Assembly: GCA_019828565.1 (NCBI GenBank)
Contig: JAHDYR010000020.1
Span: 62,001-126,000, forward strand
DNA: 64,000 nt
Source of the DNA: Carpediemonas membranifera BICM
Taxonomy: Eukaryota > Protista > Fornicata
Direction: 5' to 3'
The position numbers were made by a program, and so were the translations under genes. Shown one piece after another: positions 22,251-34,600 of this stretch (its first letter is position 1; every line of letters starts with the position of its first letter). The notes beneath the pieces are model-generated. The model saw only the letters and a list, made by a program, of their open reading frames with translations. It ran no database searches and was not told the DNA's origin.

Positions 22251-23711
22251 TTACCGACTCCGCGTGGAGTAAATGCGCCGGAACCCGGCCGTGACGAACC
22301 CCAGCACGAAGTCCGACTCCAGCCCCATGGCCCCACCCGCGACTGTGACCAGGTCAGTCGGCTCCAGTGCCGCGACCTGTGCCTCGAGCGTGCTGACAAA
22401 CTGCTCCCGTCTCCGGAGAACATCTATGTGGGCGATCGTCAAGGGCTCCTCGTCTGTGGGCCGGGCGACCTGGACCTTTGTCCGGCCGTCGAGGTCCCGC
22501 AGCAGGTCGAGCACCCCAGGCACCATGATTCCCGCGAACCTAGGACCGCTGGGTGCGGTGTTTCCAATCCACTTCTCCTCCCATGCCGTCTCCCGTCGGT
22601 TCCACTCAGCCCAGCCCGCCGGCCCCTCGATGTCGGCCGGTGCGGCAGGGTTGGCGGTGACGGTGTACATGGTGCCCTGGTGCCCGGACCCGTACGAGTA
22701 AACCAGCACGCGGTCCCCGGGGCGCAGTCCGGTCAGCACAGTGCTCATCAGGGCGGTGAACACGGAGGCCGTGTACGAGTTGCCGGTGCGCCGTGGGATG
22801 CGGAGGGCGGGCAGGAGGCGGGACTGGAGCTCCTGGGCCCGGGCCTCGGTCAGCTCGACCCCGGTACGTTCAGAGTGAAGCTCGATAAATTTCCCCATGG
22901 CCTTGAGCGCTTGGCGGCCAAAGGGCACGTGCATGACAACCCTGGCGCAGTCGTCAAGCGAGAGACCGGTGCGGTCGGCCCAGCGGGTGTAGCAGTCGGC
23001 CGCGTTGGCCATGTACGCATCTATAGACTCCCTGCCGTTCACGATGGGGTACTCGGACCCGAGGTGGGGCTTGAAGAAGTCCCAGTAGTGGGCCCCGGCG
23101 TACACGGGGTCGGGGTTGGCGATCAGAGGGGCGTCGGGGCCGACGAGGACGCACACCGCACCCGCACCGCCAGAAGGGATGGCCTTCTCCCCTTGATAGA
23201 CGGCTATGTCAGTTGCAACGACGAGGCCGTAGCGTTTGGCCGGGTCCCAGAAGGGGGAGGACATCTCCTTGACGCACGCCAGGAAGGCGTCTGTCCCGCC
23301 ATAGCAGGCGTGCACGTGGTCACAACTGCCAACATTCGTGGCCTCAGCGAGCTCTGGGAGCTGGCGAATAAAGGAGCTGATCGACTTGGACTTGTCGACA
23401 GAGGACTCGGTCCCAACGTGGAGAAAGCCTATCAAAGGGGCGATCCCGGGGTGCTTTGCGAGGAGCTTCCTCGTGGCGGACAGCCCGAGGGATACAGAGT
23501 CGTCCTCCGGGCCGCACACCGCCATCTCGCGAATGATGAGGCCTTCGAGGCTCCTGGCGGGATTCAGCGGCTCCATATCGCTTACAAGGGCGTATGTCGG
23601 TGGCACATAGAGCACCATATCGACGATACCCACATTTCGCCTAACCTTCGTCTCGTTTCGACCAAGCGCCTCTCTCACGGCGAGGACGTCCATTTGGGAA
23701 TATCTTGACAT
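22251..23711 (-). CDS. HMGS: Hydroxymethylglutaryl-CoA synthase
   Basis: NVGI, VGTESSVDKSKS, catalytic ACYGGT, GAGAV, DFFKP, GNSYTAS. Confidence 0.92.
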   Translation of the reverse strand: MSRYSQMDVLAVREALGRNETKVRRNVGIVDMVLYVPPTYALVSDMEPLNPARSLEGLIIREMAVCGPEDDSVSLGLSATRKLLAKHPGIAPLIGFLHVGTESSVDKSKSISSFIRQLPELAEATNVGSCDHVHACYGGTDAFLACVKEMSSPFWDPAKRYGLVVATDIAVYQGEKAIPSGGAGAVCVLVGPDAPLIANPDPVYAGAHYWDFFKPHLGSEYPIVNGRESIDAYMANAADCYTRWADRTGLSLDDCARVVMHVPFGRQALKAMGKFIELHSERTGVELTEARAQELQSRLLPALRIPRRTGNSYTASVFTALMSTVLTGLRPGDRVLVYSYGSGHQGTMYTVTANPAAPADIEGPAGWAEWNRRETAWEEKWIGNTAPSGPRFAGIMVPGVLDLLRDLDGRTKVQVARPTDEEPLTIAHIDVLRRREQFVSTLEAQVAALEPTDLVTVAGGAMGLESDFVLGFVTAGFRRIYSTRSR

Positions 23712-24812
23712 AAACTGCACGATACGACAAGGCCGCGGATACGGAGCATCTGCGGTCCATGGTGCTGTGTGTGAGTGCTACTGGGCTACCGGCGATCACC
23801 GCGAATTCCTACCCTCGGACTCGAGCCGAGTTTGGAAGTCGAGTCATCAGTCACAAAACCAACAATGTCGCAGTCAAGCCCGTGCACCAGCTGAACAGCA
23901 CACTTGTCATCGACGCCATGTTTACCGCCAGTCTACTACACACGGTGACTCCGCTACAAGTCAGTGCTTTCAGAGCTGTCTAGGAAGCTGAGACACGACC
24001 CGAAGAGTGGGAACCCACAGAGCAGCCATGCCACGATCAGGATAACCACCAGCACCACAGCGATGAGCATCAGCGTCAGCTTCATGTTCTTCCGCCAAAA
24101 GTGGATTCGGAGATCATTTGTCCCAGCCTTGAAGGAGGCCGCGTCGCTCTTCAGCGCTGAAGCTTGCTCAACGAGAATGTCGAGCTTCTCTTGCCGCGCG
24201 AGGAGCTTGTTGATGTTCTCCACCATCACAGACTTGACTTCGTCCACCTGGAGTTGCATGCGGTTGATCTGGTCGGCGTTGACGTTGTTGGAGAAGTACT
24301 CCATCTGGGCTGCGAGCGTGCCGCTGAAGTCCTGGTTGAATGCGTACTGGCCGGCCGTGTGGACTCTGTTCCCGTATTCGTTGGAGAAACGCTTTTGGAT
24401 GTCTGAGAGGAAAGCAAAGGGAATCCTGCGCACAGCGCTCTGATCTGTGAGGCACATGTAGCAAATTCCATCGACTATGCTGTAATGGAACATGTGTGCG
24501 GGATCGTACAGAAGGGAGCGACGATCGTCGTCGCTGGACAGCTTCTCAAGAATGCTGCGAGCAACGACGGTAAAATTGCCCTGAACTAACGAGTGTTCGG
24601 CTAGAATGGTGAAGTTTCTCGCAATGCACGCGTAGAGGACCTGCTGTTCCATCTGCTGCTTGCTGCTTCGTGATGATTATTAAAGTGCACTGAAGCTCTG
24701 TCGAGTCCAAATGTGAATGGTTCCCGGCCCTTTCAGGCTCTCAGGCCTTCGCCAGCGCCCTCTCCGCCCAGCCCCGACTTCTTCTTGCGTCTGATGCTGT
24801 TCTTCTCCTCCC
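23687..24812. repeat. ~1.12-kb segmental duplication, copy 2
   Basis: Direct copy of 17726-18851. Confidence 0.95.
23954..24652 (-). CDS. VAMP7: VAMP7-type longin R-SNARE, copy 2
   Basis: Identical to copy 1 except S14F. Confidence 0.92.
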   Translation of the reverse strand: MEQQVLYACIARNFTILAEHSLVQGNFTVVARSILEKLSSDDDRRSLLYDPAHMFHYSIVDGICYMCLTDQSAVRRIPFAFLSDIQKRFSNEYGNRVHTAGQYAFNQDFSGTLAAQMEYFSNNVNADQINRMQLQVDEVKSVMVENINKLLARQEKLDILVEQASALKSDAASFKAGTNDLRIHFWRKNMKLTLMLIAVVLVVILIVAWLLCGFPLFGSCLSFLDSSESTDL

Positions 24813-25807
24813 TCCAGGCGTCTTCTCCGGACCCGGAGGCATTCAGCTGCCACGCCGTTAGTCTGCTCCGAGCGTCGTCCGCTCATGTGGACTGATCGAG
24901 CTCCACGCGGCCAGACTGCCGATCGGCTGTGCTGACCGGCAACCCCGACAAAACCATACAGAGATGACATGTGGCTGGATGCGGGTCTTGCTGGGCATAC
25001 ACGGCACTCCCTACTTCTGAGACGGAATCACGGCAACACTAGCGCTGGCTAACGTCAGGTTCGAACGCCAGGAGTTGCGCCGCGTCGTCAGATATCGCTA
25101 TCAACGCCGTCAAACTCATTGAGCTGCTGCTACTGCGACGAGATCTTCGAGGAATTGGAGGCTGGTCGTCTCTGGCGAGAAGCAGGTTGAGCGGGAGGGA
25201 GAGGCATCACGATCTCTCCGTCCTGGCTCAACGTGAGCGACGGTTGATTAGTTATTTATCCAGTTATCGTTGTTGATGTTGTTATTGTGTTGATCTGAAC
25301 AATCAGCTTGGCGTGCAAATGATGCAAGTGTTCCGCATGCGAACAGTGTGTCCTGAGTAAGAAATGAGGGGTCGTTCAGATTTCCAAGGATATGAATCTT
25401 CACTGTGAATCGGTGCGCCCTGCGGACTTTAGGATTCGGGCAAAGTGTATCATCTTCAAGGACCATGAAGAACAAACTTATGCGGTTAGAACAACCAAGG
25501 GGGTGTAAGGATGAACAGCAGCGTTCATGAACATCTAGCTAGCCAGCACTGTCTATGAGCGCAAATTAGCGGATTGGGTACTAGGTAAGAAATGGATGGT
25601 GCGCTCAGCGATCTTGGTGGTAAGTTTTCCGCAATGCTGTTCAGTAGTAGCAAAATAATCCTCCTTGCGCGATGAACAAACCCTCATTTGGCTCAATTGC
25701 TAATCACGGTATCGACGATAACCAATGAGCTCTTGAAGAAAAACCTTCTGGCAAAAATGGCGCAAACCTGTTAAGGCAATTTAGGCAAGTAAGTTCAAGT
25801 GGACAAT

Positions 25808-26409
25808 TTAATCTGAATCCGAGCTATCCGAGCTATCCGAGCTATCCGAGCTATCCGAGCTGTCTTCCTTGACAGCGGCGGGCTCCACGAGAGGGGGCTG
25901 GGCGATGACCTCAGGCTTGTTCGGGGGAACACCCTCTTCAGTGGAATCCTGTGCATGCAGGATGGTCATGATAGCTCTGTAGATGGCGTAGATCTTGAAG
26001 GTAATGCCACCGACGATGAAAACAAAAAGACCACCAAAGATGAGAGTAAAGATTGAGCCAAGGACGACCATCGCGATGAGCATGTAGAAGATCCAGCCGA
26101 TGAAGGGGATGAGATTGAGGAGGGCGGAGAAGACCACAATGATGAAGCCGAAGGGGAGGAGAAGAATCCCGACAAGAGGCCACGGGATAGCGGTGAGAAG
26201 AGAGATGAGGCCAATAGCCACAGTCTCCTTGTGTCCCGACATAAAGCCTACTAGAATGGAACCGATGCCTGTGTGATTTGTTCGGAAACAGGGTTGGTGG
26301 TGAACAAACCGGTGGGAAGGAAGACATCGCCGATAAGCATAACGATGCCAAGAAGAGGCGAAGAAATCTTAGGAGTGTCCTGTCCAAGAATTGCTGCGAT
26401 AAAAGTCAT
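25808..26409 (-). CDS. Small multi-TM protein (possibly Spec3/Stum-like), paralog 1; intron 26269-26309
   Basis: MTFIAAILGQ...FLPTG|IGSILVG; intron at the same position as in paralog 2; SDS-repeat tail. The family label is tentative. Confidence 0.75.
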
Positions 26410-26679
26410 CTGTTTGATGTTGACGTTTCTGATTGTTAAGATTCAGGAGTCGAGCCGAGTCAATTGTCGCCCGAATCGGCGATCAGACCGAAATAGACTT
26501 TCCCGAACGCACACCATCACATCACAGCTGCTGGCCAGGCCGAGTGCCCCGGCGTGCGTGATGATCGGGTTGGCTCTGTGGTCATCTGATGTGCAGGGGC
26601 AGCGGGTACCGTGCTAACAGATAATGAAAGTCATCAAATCATTCCACTCGATAAGGCGGTCAACTATCATATGACGTTT

Positions 26680-27250
26680 TTAGTAAGCGCCCTGGAAGCC
26701 AGTGTCGGGCGGAGGGGCGCTGGCGGCTTCCCCGGGCATCGTAAGGGGGTTAACCACGGGCTTATCGGCTTGGCCACTCTCAGCTGCATCATTGGCAGCC
26801 TGGAATGTCATGATGCCGCGGTAAACAGCGTAGATTTTTCCACCGATAAATCCAACGAAGAAGAAGGCCATGCCGCCAAAGATGAGGAGCATGATGAGGC
26901 CAACAAGAAGGAAGTTCAGGAACATAGTGATAAGGGCACCGAGGAAGGGGATAATGGCCCACAGCATGTTGAGAATGAAGAGGGGGATAGCGATGGGGAT
27001 AAGAATGATGCCAACAAGAGGCCACGGGACGACAGTGAGAAGGGAGAGGAAGCCGATAATCACGGTTTCCTTGTGGCCAGACATATAGCCAATGATGATT
27101 GAGCCAAGGCCTGTGTGAGAGCATTGCAAGCTGAATGTTAAAAATCAAACCAGTTGGAAGAAGAAGGTCGAGAAGAAGCATGATCAGAGCATGCTCGGGG
27201 CTTTCTACTTGCGGTACTTCCTGGCCCTTCACGGCCGCGATGAAAGACAT
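26680..27250 (-). CDS. Small multi-TM protein, paralog 2; intron 27111-27150
   Basis: MSFIAAVKGQ...LLPTG|LGSIIIGYMSGHKETV; diverged tandem paralog. Confidence 0.75.
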
Positions 27251-27384
27251 GGTGTGTGTTGGATCGACTCGAGCATGACTTGGATCCGAATCAAAGATTG
27301 AATCAAGGTGAGGGCTGGTATTTGGCGTGCAACGCGCGTAACACACGTAGAGAGCGACACAATTTACGTCCAAGCTCCTTCCGC

Positions 27385-27816
27385 TCATGGGAGGAACTGC
27401 TCGAGATCTCTCATCTGGGCAAGGATGACCTCTTTCCCCGTCTCCTGGATCTCACCGGCAAGGAACATCTCGTCCACAATGGCATACACCTTGAGGAAGT
27501 TGAACACGAGGTCCAGCTCACACACGTTGCCGAAGAACTTGTCGAGGACTTCGACGAAGAGATGAATCACCTCAAGATGCGCAAGCTCGTTATCATCCTC
27601 GTCAATGCCCATTGTGAAGAAAAGTCCTGCATACCTTCTGTATATTACTTTGAATGTCCTATATTCCACGAAATTGGTGAAGCGAGGGCTGCGTGTGGTT
27701 ACAAGCGAGTGTACTTCAGCTTCTACTTTGTGCTGCTCGTCTTCTTCGTATGGGATATACCATTTGGACAGACGAGTGCGCCCCTGGCGGTTCTGTATGA
27801 GGAAAAAACGGATCAT
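27385..27816 (-). CDS. AP2S1: AP-2 complex sigma subunit
   Basis: [20 protein letters not shown]...YRRYAGLFF...[16 protein letters not shown]. Confidence 0.9.
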   Translation of the reverse strand: MIRFFLIQNRQGRTRLSKWYIPYEEDEQHKVEAEVHSLVTTRSPRFTNFVEYRTFKVIYRRYAGLFFTMGIDEDDNELAHLEVIHLFVEVLDKFFGNVCELDLVFNFLKVYAIVDEMFLAGEIQETGKEVILAQMRDLEQFLP

Positions 27817-28942
27817 TAGCTTTTGACAGCTCGTGCAGAATAAGCCATACATGAGTTACATGGTGGTCATATAAATATGATTTTAAGCATGCTAGAGGCC
27901 TAAAGAGTGACAATCGGCCGTCTTCTTATGGTTAGGTGCGAACTGGGGGTCCTCCGTGGACAGTGGTGCCAAAGGCCTGTCCGGCTTCTGTGCGAGCCGA
28001 ACACCAGGTCCAGGTGGCGCGCTTCGATCGAGTGCGGAGTGGGACGAACCCAAGGCTGTCAGCAGTCCCCTCTGCCGTCTCATCGCACGGTCCCCTCATC
28101 AAGGCCATTCTCTGGCAGAGTTCATCCTCCCTGAACCACCTCGCCATGACCCTCTCCGCGGCGTCCAGGGGTCTGGCCGTCAGGTCGGTCTCGTCAATGT
28201 GTGGACGGCTGTCATGCACCGCTTAAAGGGCCACATGATACCGAACTTGCCTTTCCGACTTCAAGGTTTGCCACTTCTGTACAAAACTGCACCGAGTTAC
28301 AATCTCACTCCGGTGCTTCATGTAGACGTCCATACACTATTCACCGCTCACTGGAACACTATATCAGGCATCTGTTCGCATGGTCTGGAGACGTCTACGT
28401 CCGCTGGAATTGGTTAAGATTGCTGGGAAAAACGACCAGTCACCCAACCCTGCGTCCACGTTCATTCATCAGCGGCCCTGACCAGTATACCCTCGTTGTT
28501 ACTTTTGGCCACAAGCGAACCCGCCTTACTCCATGACCCACACGACTGTGGCCAAGTCATCTTTCCCAACTTGCACCATTCCGTATGCATCCAAAGGCGG
28601 TAACTCTCCCCGCCATTGCGCCGTGCTAGCCACGCGGAGATGAACAACACAACAGTGACAGACACCAGCATGCCGACTCGACGCCGGCCCCTGCTCGCCG
28701 TCACAGTCCGCCTTCCCCAGCTATCTGTGCCGGGCCGACAAGACCGGCTTCTCCCTCCGCTCACGCCCGAAAGCTCCAACCGCAACGGCCAGGTCAGCCC
28801 CGGATGGAAGGAAACTGCCTCATGACAATTTTGGTAACTTCATGTTCCGGAACTGGCCTGGTCAGGGGTACCAGATGGCCAAGCATCGCTCGGCCGAGAT
28901 GTTGGCGTGTGGGTGAGCCATATTAACTGCTTTAATTGTTGT

Positions 28943-29893
28943 TTACTCAAATTCCTGGAGGTAGGCACCGGCGTCAAGGGCGGCCTTGCAACCCATGCCG
29001 GCAGCCGTGATGGCCTGGCGATACTGACTGTCAGTGACATCACCAGCGGCAAAGACGCCAGGCAGGCTAGTCTTTGTAGTGACGCCCTCGACAAGAACGA
29101 AGCCGTGCGCGTCCAGAGCCACCTGATCCTTGACGAGGTCGACATTAGGGACGTGCCCGATGGCTACGAAGATGTTATCGCACTCGACCTCCTTCTTCGA
29201 CCCGTCCACAGTCGAGGTGAGCTCAACGCCGACAACATGATCATCGCCCTTGATGTCGCTGACGACGGCATTCCACTCGAAAGAGATCTTAGGGTTAGCC
29301 CGTGCTCTGGCGTCCATGATCTTCGAGGCGCGGAGCTGGTCTCTGCGGTGGACGATGATGACGTGGCTGGCGAACTTAGTGAGGAACAGGGCTTCCGTGA
29401 TGGCCGAGTCGCCCCCGCCCACCACGACCACGCGCTTGTCGCGGCAGAGGGCGGCGTCACAGGTGGCGCAGTAAGAGACGCCCTTATTGTTGAGACGGGT
29501 CTCGGCCTCGATGCCGATGTGGCGGTGGGAGCAGCCGGTGCTGAGAATCACAACCTTGGATCGGTACTCCTGGTCACCGACCATGACGATGTGCTCGCCG
29601 CCGGGGACGTTGGTGAGCTTGAGCTCGGTGACAGTTTCCCAGAGGGTCTCGGCGCCAAAGTGCTCGGCCTGCTGCTGCATCTTCTCCATCAGTTCCCAGC
29701 CACCGATGCCGACGTTTCCTTCAGCATCAATCGTGCTTGGGAAGTTCTCAATCTGATCAGTGGTTGCGATGAGGCCGCCAAAAGCTTGCCCGGTGATGAC
29801 AAGAGGCTTCATGTTCGCTCTTGCGAGGTAAAGCGCGGCTGTGTATCCAGCAGGGCCGGATCCTACGATAATAGCGTCTTTCGTCTGAGACAT
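28943..29893 (-). CDS. trxB: Low-molecular-weight thioredoxin reductase
   Basis: IVGSGPAG, GVSYCATCD, VGGGDSA..EA, HRRD, PGVFAAGDV.D..YRQAITAAG. Confidence 0.95.
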   Translation of the reverse strand: MSQTKDAIIVGSGPAGYTAALYLARANMKPLVITGQAFGGLIATTDQIENFPSTIDAEGNVGIGGWELMEKMQQQAEHFGAETLWETVTELKLTNVPGGEHIVMVGDQEYRSKVVILSTGCSHRHIGIEAETRLNNKGVSYCATCDAALCRDKRVVVVGGGDSAITEALFLTKFASHVIIVHRRDQLRASKIMDARARANPKISFEWNAVVSDIKGDDHVVGVELTSTVDGSKKEVECDNIFVAIGHVPNVDLVKDQVALDAHGFVLVEGVTTKTSLPGVFAAGDVTDSQYRQAITAAGMGCKAALDAGAYLQEFE

Positions 29894-30243
29894 CTGTGGT
29901 CTTCTTGTTGTTTGTTTGTTGCTTCTGAGTCGAGGCAGTCGTTAGATCAGATCAATCTCCCAGGGCACTCCCGGGTGATCGCCCAAGACAGTGTTGGTTG
30001 CGGCGGTGTATGTGCTGTATATCGTGCCTAATGATACAGTGAGTGTCGGCGTGCCTCAGATCATTTCATATTCCTAGATATGCAGTCAAAACGCCAATAC
30101 AGTCCGCAGACCCAGACTTTACCGACAGACGGCAGCGGGATTATGCCAGATGACGACCGCGCTGCTCCACATGCCGGCAGCCACCTCAGGATGAACACCA
30201 TGCCATCTGGCCCAAGTGTAAGAGTCAGAGCCTAGAGTACACT

Positions 30244-31291
30244 TTATCTCGGTGACCCGGACTGCCCCACGTTGACGCCCACCAGCCCCATGTCCAGGGC
30301 CGGTACGTCTAACGCGGACCTGGGCTGGGGCGGCGGGTCCGCAGCTAATGGCCCGCTTCCTAACCCAGCGAGGTCGAGAGCAAAGGCCGCAACTATCTCG
30401 GCAGCCATCTCCTCATTACGGCGCATTTCCTCCTCCATCTCCGGGGTCATGGTCTTGGTCTCCGTTTTCACCCTCAACGCGATGTCGTTCTCGAGGTCGC
30501 GCCTCCGGACGTTCCGCTTCACCGCCACACCCGACTCCTCCGCCTGCTGCTCTCTGAGCTGCAGTATAAAGTCCTCGACTGCCCTGGAGTCGATGTTGTG
30601 GACTGACCGGAGCAGGTGCTGCTTCATGTGGCTGATGAGGCCGCATCGGTAGGTGCAGTCCGGCACTGGGCACAGGAACCCCTTGCGGTGCACCATCTTC
30701 TTGTGGCGGCCCAGGTTCTCGAACATCCGCCCGCATTCCTCGCACCAAAACCGCCCCTTCGCGTTGGGGGGGACCTTCTCGGGGTGGTGAGCCGCGTAGT
30801 GGCGACACAACTCATAAATCGGACGCTGGCATATGTCACACCAGTACTTCTTCCTCTGCTCCGCCGACAGGGTCTCGGGGTGGTATGCGATGATGTGCCG
30901 CACAAGTCTGGGTGAGGGGGCGCGTTGGGACAAACACGTTGGGGAGATGGGCCGCGTAGTCGCCGCAGAAGGGGCAGATGAGGTGCTTATGGTTGTCTGT
31001 GCTGCGCATGTGGGCCATCATCTCTTCGTAGGAGTCGAAGCCCTTCCCGCAATACCTGCATGACTAAGATTCGGGGGAAACAAACTGATGGATGCAAACA
31101 ACCTTGCCATGCTCCTGTTCTACGTGTATATCGCGAGCTCCTGGATGAGAAAGGGAGGAATCTGACAAACCTTTGCTTTGGAAACGCATCCCACACTCTT
31201 CCATGCCATCTGGACGGCAATCTCCTTTTGATCGCCCTGATGGCCCACTTGAGACCAAGCAGCGGCACTTATATACCGCTCTTCCTCCCAT
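30244..31291 (-). CDS. Multi-C2H2 zinc finger protein; predicted introns 31141-31170, 31056-31085, 30908-30935
   Basis: Three 28-30 nt GTTTGT..CAG introns join partial ORFs into a continuous C2H2 array. Confidence 0.75.
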
Positions 31292-31764
31292 TATGATATG
31301 TTATCACCGCTCGCTTCTGGGACTTCGAAGTCGTTCTCAGTCACTGCCGCGGGAAATGGCGAGGGTCAACGGCCGTCTTTGACACGCCAAGAACACCTTC
31401 ATTTCGCCCGCAATAATGGTTCCGGGTCGATTTGTTTGCTTTCCCATCTTCAACCAAATTTAGAGATGTTTAGATTATCTCGACCTCGTGTTTCAAGATA
31501 CTGTTGGCGTCTCCTGTAAAACTTCAGTACTTGACGAATTCACACATGAAGCTCTCGGGTTGACCGATTCTAACCGTCAAGGTCGAGTTGATGATGTCAT
31601 ACTAGAATGACACCTCTCGTGATATTTGGATCGATCGTCGAATCTTTCAGCAGGGTAGCGCCAGACCGCAGTACAAGAGGCCCTGACCCTTCAAGGGCAG
31701 TCGAACGACTGTCTATGGGCGTGCACATGTCCGAGTCACGGACGGCAGATCATGCTAGCGAAAT

Positions 31765-32515
31765 TTACTCCAGCCCGTCGAGCTGCTCGGTCACCTCGGC
31801 GTCGGTCATCATCCGGAAGAAGCCATCCTCCGTCGAGATGATGCCGACCTCACAGTGCTCCGCCTTCAACAGGCCGTCGAACACCTCCTTCAGCGAGAGC
31901 AATGCGATCTTCACCGCGTCGTCAAGGCTTATATCTGGCGTTACGCGCTTCTCCAGGAACGTCTTGCAAGTCCTTGAGTTCTTCCCGATCGCCGTCGCCT
32001 TCCAGCGGATGGACGACCCGGAGGGGTCCACCTGCCACAGCGAGGGCCCAGCAGGGTCCACGCCGCCGACGAGGAGGGAGCATCCGAAGGGCCGGACCCC
32101 GCCGCTCTGGGTGTAGGACTGCATCTTGGCGGTGAGATCCTTGGCCACGGTGTCGACGCCGGGGTTTTCGCCGAATTGCCGACGGTATACCTCGCCGTTC
32201 TTGCGTCCGCTACGAACGAGGACGGCTGAGTCGGCGCCAATGCCGCTGTATACGCAGCCGACGTTGTCTGCGAGGATTTGAACCTTCTTGATGCTGTCCT
32301 TGTCGATGAGCGCAGACTTGAGCTTCTTTTCGGACACTAATACAATACCGTCGTGTGCTGTGTGAGATTTCTGCCGCTAAATACACACATTTGATGCCAA
32401 TAGAGGTACTTCCATTGTTCACGGCTGCAAGCGCGTGATCAATCTGGCCAAGCTTGCCAGAAGGAGAAAATGTCGTCAGGGAGAAACTATAGCGATCAGA
32501 ATCGAAGCCGCTCAT
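31765..32515 (-). CDS. PSMA2: 20S proteasome subunit alpha-2; intron 32358-32388
   Basis: [20 protein letters not shown]; [11 protein letters not shown]; WKATAIGKN. Confidence 0.95.
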
Positions 32516-32890
32516 GCTTTCAAATGGGCGTTATCGATCAATCGAGTCGTTTGACAACGGGAAATGAACTCGTCAAACTGCCAAGACGAACCGACACGCG
32601 TTCTACACAGCTTCCTGACCTACGACACACCCGAAGCCCGACTCTGGCCATCACCGACTCGAAACCCTCTCGCTGTCTCGAGAGTCTGCCTCAACTGAAA
32701 GGCCTTCCTCGCCACAGGAGGCAGAGTCACACGCAGAGTGGTTGGTTGTTTCACACGTCAGAACTTGATCCTTATCGTTGCCCGTCGGAGTCCAGGAGTC
32801 CTCGAATATGTTCGGGAAAATGAAGGAAGAACCTACCAGGTACACGCGACAATTTCTCCGGGTAAAGTTTATGACGGACGACATGCCACC

Positions 32891-33766
32891 CTATTCCTCC
32901 TTGTTCGCAACGTAGTCCACCGTCTCCGCGTGTATGTCGGTGAGCATCCACCGCACCTCCTCCTTGGCGTCGCCCTCAGTCAGGTCGACCCACTGCCCCT
33001 TCTCGGGGGAGATCGTGGCCGTGTACGTGTAGTCGCGGCCCTTCTTACTCCCATGGAGACAGTGGCCCCGGGGGTCGTTGACCCGGAAGAAGTGGCTCAG
33101 AGTGAAGTTCACGGTCAGCGTGGGCCTGTCGTCGCCGCCAACGCGGGCCAGGTCAGTCGTGCCGATACGGTAAGTGCGCCCTTGTACGCTGAGGTGCTTG
33201 TCTCGCTGCTCCTTCAAGCCTTGCAGAAGAATAGACAAAGCTCCGTCGGCACAGCACTCACGGAGCGTCGCCACGTCGTTCATGAAGTACGCTTCCATGA
33301 TCTGGGCGACAAACTGCGGGATCCACGCGGACACGAGGCCGACGTTGATACCAAGTTCCGTGCCCTTGCCCCACTGACTGTTACCGAGCTTGAGCCATCC
33401 CTCATTGTCGTCTTGATCGTAGAGAAACCGATCAAAGAAGAACCCGACGATCGGGGTCAGCGAGAGGGCCTTGTAGAGGCGTCTGCGTGCGGGAGAGAGC
33501 CCAGGGGTGTATGTACGGCCGACAGCGACAAGGGGGCCCGCTTTGTATGCAATGGCGCTATGTTCAGGTGCATCCTCGGCAGTAAAAACCTCCTCTTCTT
33601 CGTCAGGGACGTCCAAATCAACGTTTTCTAGTGAGAGCTGCGCAAACGGCTCAAATTCTGGTTCAATAACGTTAGATATAGTGTTTGTAAGCTTAAAAAA
33701 CGACGAAGAGATGCTATCAGCAAACAACGCTGTCGAAAAGTGTCTATAGGCCACAGTATTCAGCAT
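32891..33766 (-). CDS. Tim44-like import protein of a mitochondrion-related organelle
   Basis: C-terminal pattern IMEAY...DV..LR..C...GR...I...DL...PTL.V.F...DP.G...G...W.L.DI; MLNTVAYRHFST resembles a presequence. Confidence 0.65.
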   Translation of the reverse strand: MLNTVAYRHFSTALFADSISSSFFKLTNTISNVIEPEFEPFAQLSLENVDLDVPDEEEEVFTAEDAPEHSAIAYKAGPLVAVGRTYTPGLSPARRRLYKALSLTPIVGFFFDRFLYDQDDNEGWLKLGNSQWGKGTELGINVGLVSAWIPQFVAQIMEAYFMNDVATLRECCADGALSILLQGLKEQRDKHLSVQGRTYRIGTTDLARVGGDDRPTLTVNFTLSHFFRVNDPRGHCLHGSKKGRDYTYTATISPEKGQWVDLTEGDAKEEVRWMLTDIHAETVDYVANKEE

Positions 33767-33998
33767 TCTGTCATGGACCATACATGACGGGCTCATAAAC
33801 CATAAATGGAGCATCATCGCAGTCACAATCCAATACAATGTCAGAGTGTGTCAACAGCTCCAACCTCGTCGTCAGCGGGAACAATAGCTGCTCTTATCGT
33901 CTTTACGGTACAGCAGATACAAACCCAGTGAAGTTCAATGGTATAACACAGCAGCTGTACATAGCCTATCATATATATAGCCTTATATATATAGCCTA

Positions 33999-34580
33999 TC
34001 ACTCAGCCCACGCCTTCTTGCACACGGCCTGGAACACGGCGGTGAACATGTCGGCCACACCCTCGCCGCTCTTCGCTGAGGCCTCAAAGAACGCAAAGCC
34101 ATTGGTTTCAGCCAGCCGCTTGCCCTCGTCGGTGGAGATGGCTCTAGTCTTGTCAGTCTTTGTACCAACGAGGACGATGGTCGAGCGTGCCTGGTCGAAG
34201 CCGCATTCAACCGCTTCGGTCAACCACTTGCCGATATTGGAGAAGGACTGGCGGTTGGAGATGTCGTAGATGACTATGATGCACTGGCTGTCGCTGTAGA
34301 ATTCGTTCCTGATCTCGAGATACTGTGGATGGCCTGAGACGTCCCAGAAGTTCACCTTGACGGACTTTCCTGCCACACGGACTTCCCGAACACCATAATC
34401 TATTCCTATCGTCGAGATGTACTTCTCAAGGAAGCGGCCTTCACAGAAACGCTTGATGAGGCATGATTTTCCGACCCCTGGGTCCCCGAGTGCCATGATC
34501 TTCACACGATTGACCGATTCTGGCATCATGGAAGAAAGATCTGGCATCTTTCGCTGGATAGGCTTGAACAGGCTCTCCAT
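33999..34580 (-). CDS. RJL: RJL-family (DnaJC27-related) Ras-superfamily GTPase
   Basis: GVGKSCLIKRFCE.RF...YISTIGIDYGV, VNFWDVSGH...EIRNEFY; no prenylation motif. Confidence 0.88.
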   Translation of the reverse strand: MESLFKPIQRKMPDLSSMMPESVNRVKIMALGDPGVGKSCLIKRFCEGRFLEKYISTIGIDYGVREVRVAGKSVKVNFWDVSGHPQYLEIRNEFYSDSQCIIVIYDISNRQSFSNIGKWLTEAVECGFDQARSTIVLVGTKTDKTRAISTDEGKRLAETNGFAFFEASAKSGEGVADMFTAVFQAVCKKAWAE

Positions 34581-34600
34581 CTCCTCCGAAAAAGGCTTTC

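Noticed and set aside
31580-31700. Box C/D snoRNA (TGATGA...CTGA on the plus strand)
   Set aside because: Weak terminal stem, no verifiable rRNA antisense element, and opposite to the transcribed strand.
33955-34000. ATATAGCCT repeats after the RJL stop codon
   Set aside because: Simple local slippage duplication with no further structure.
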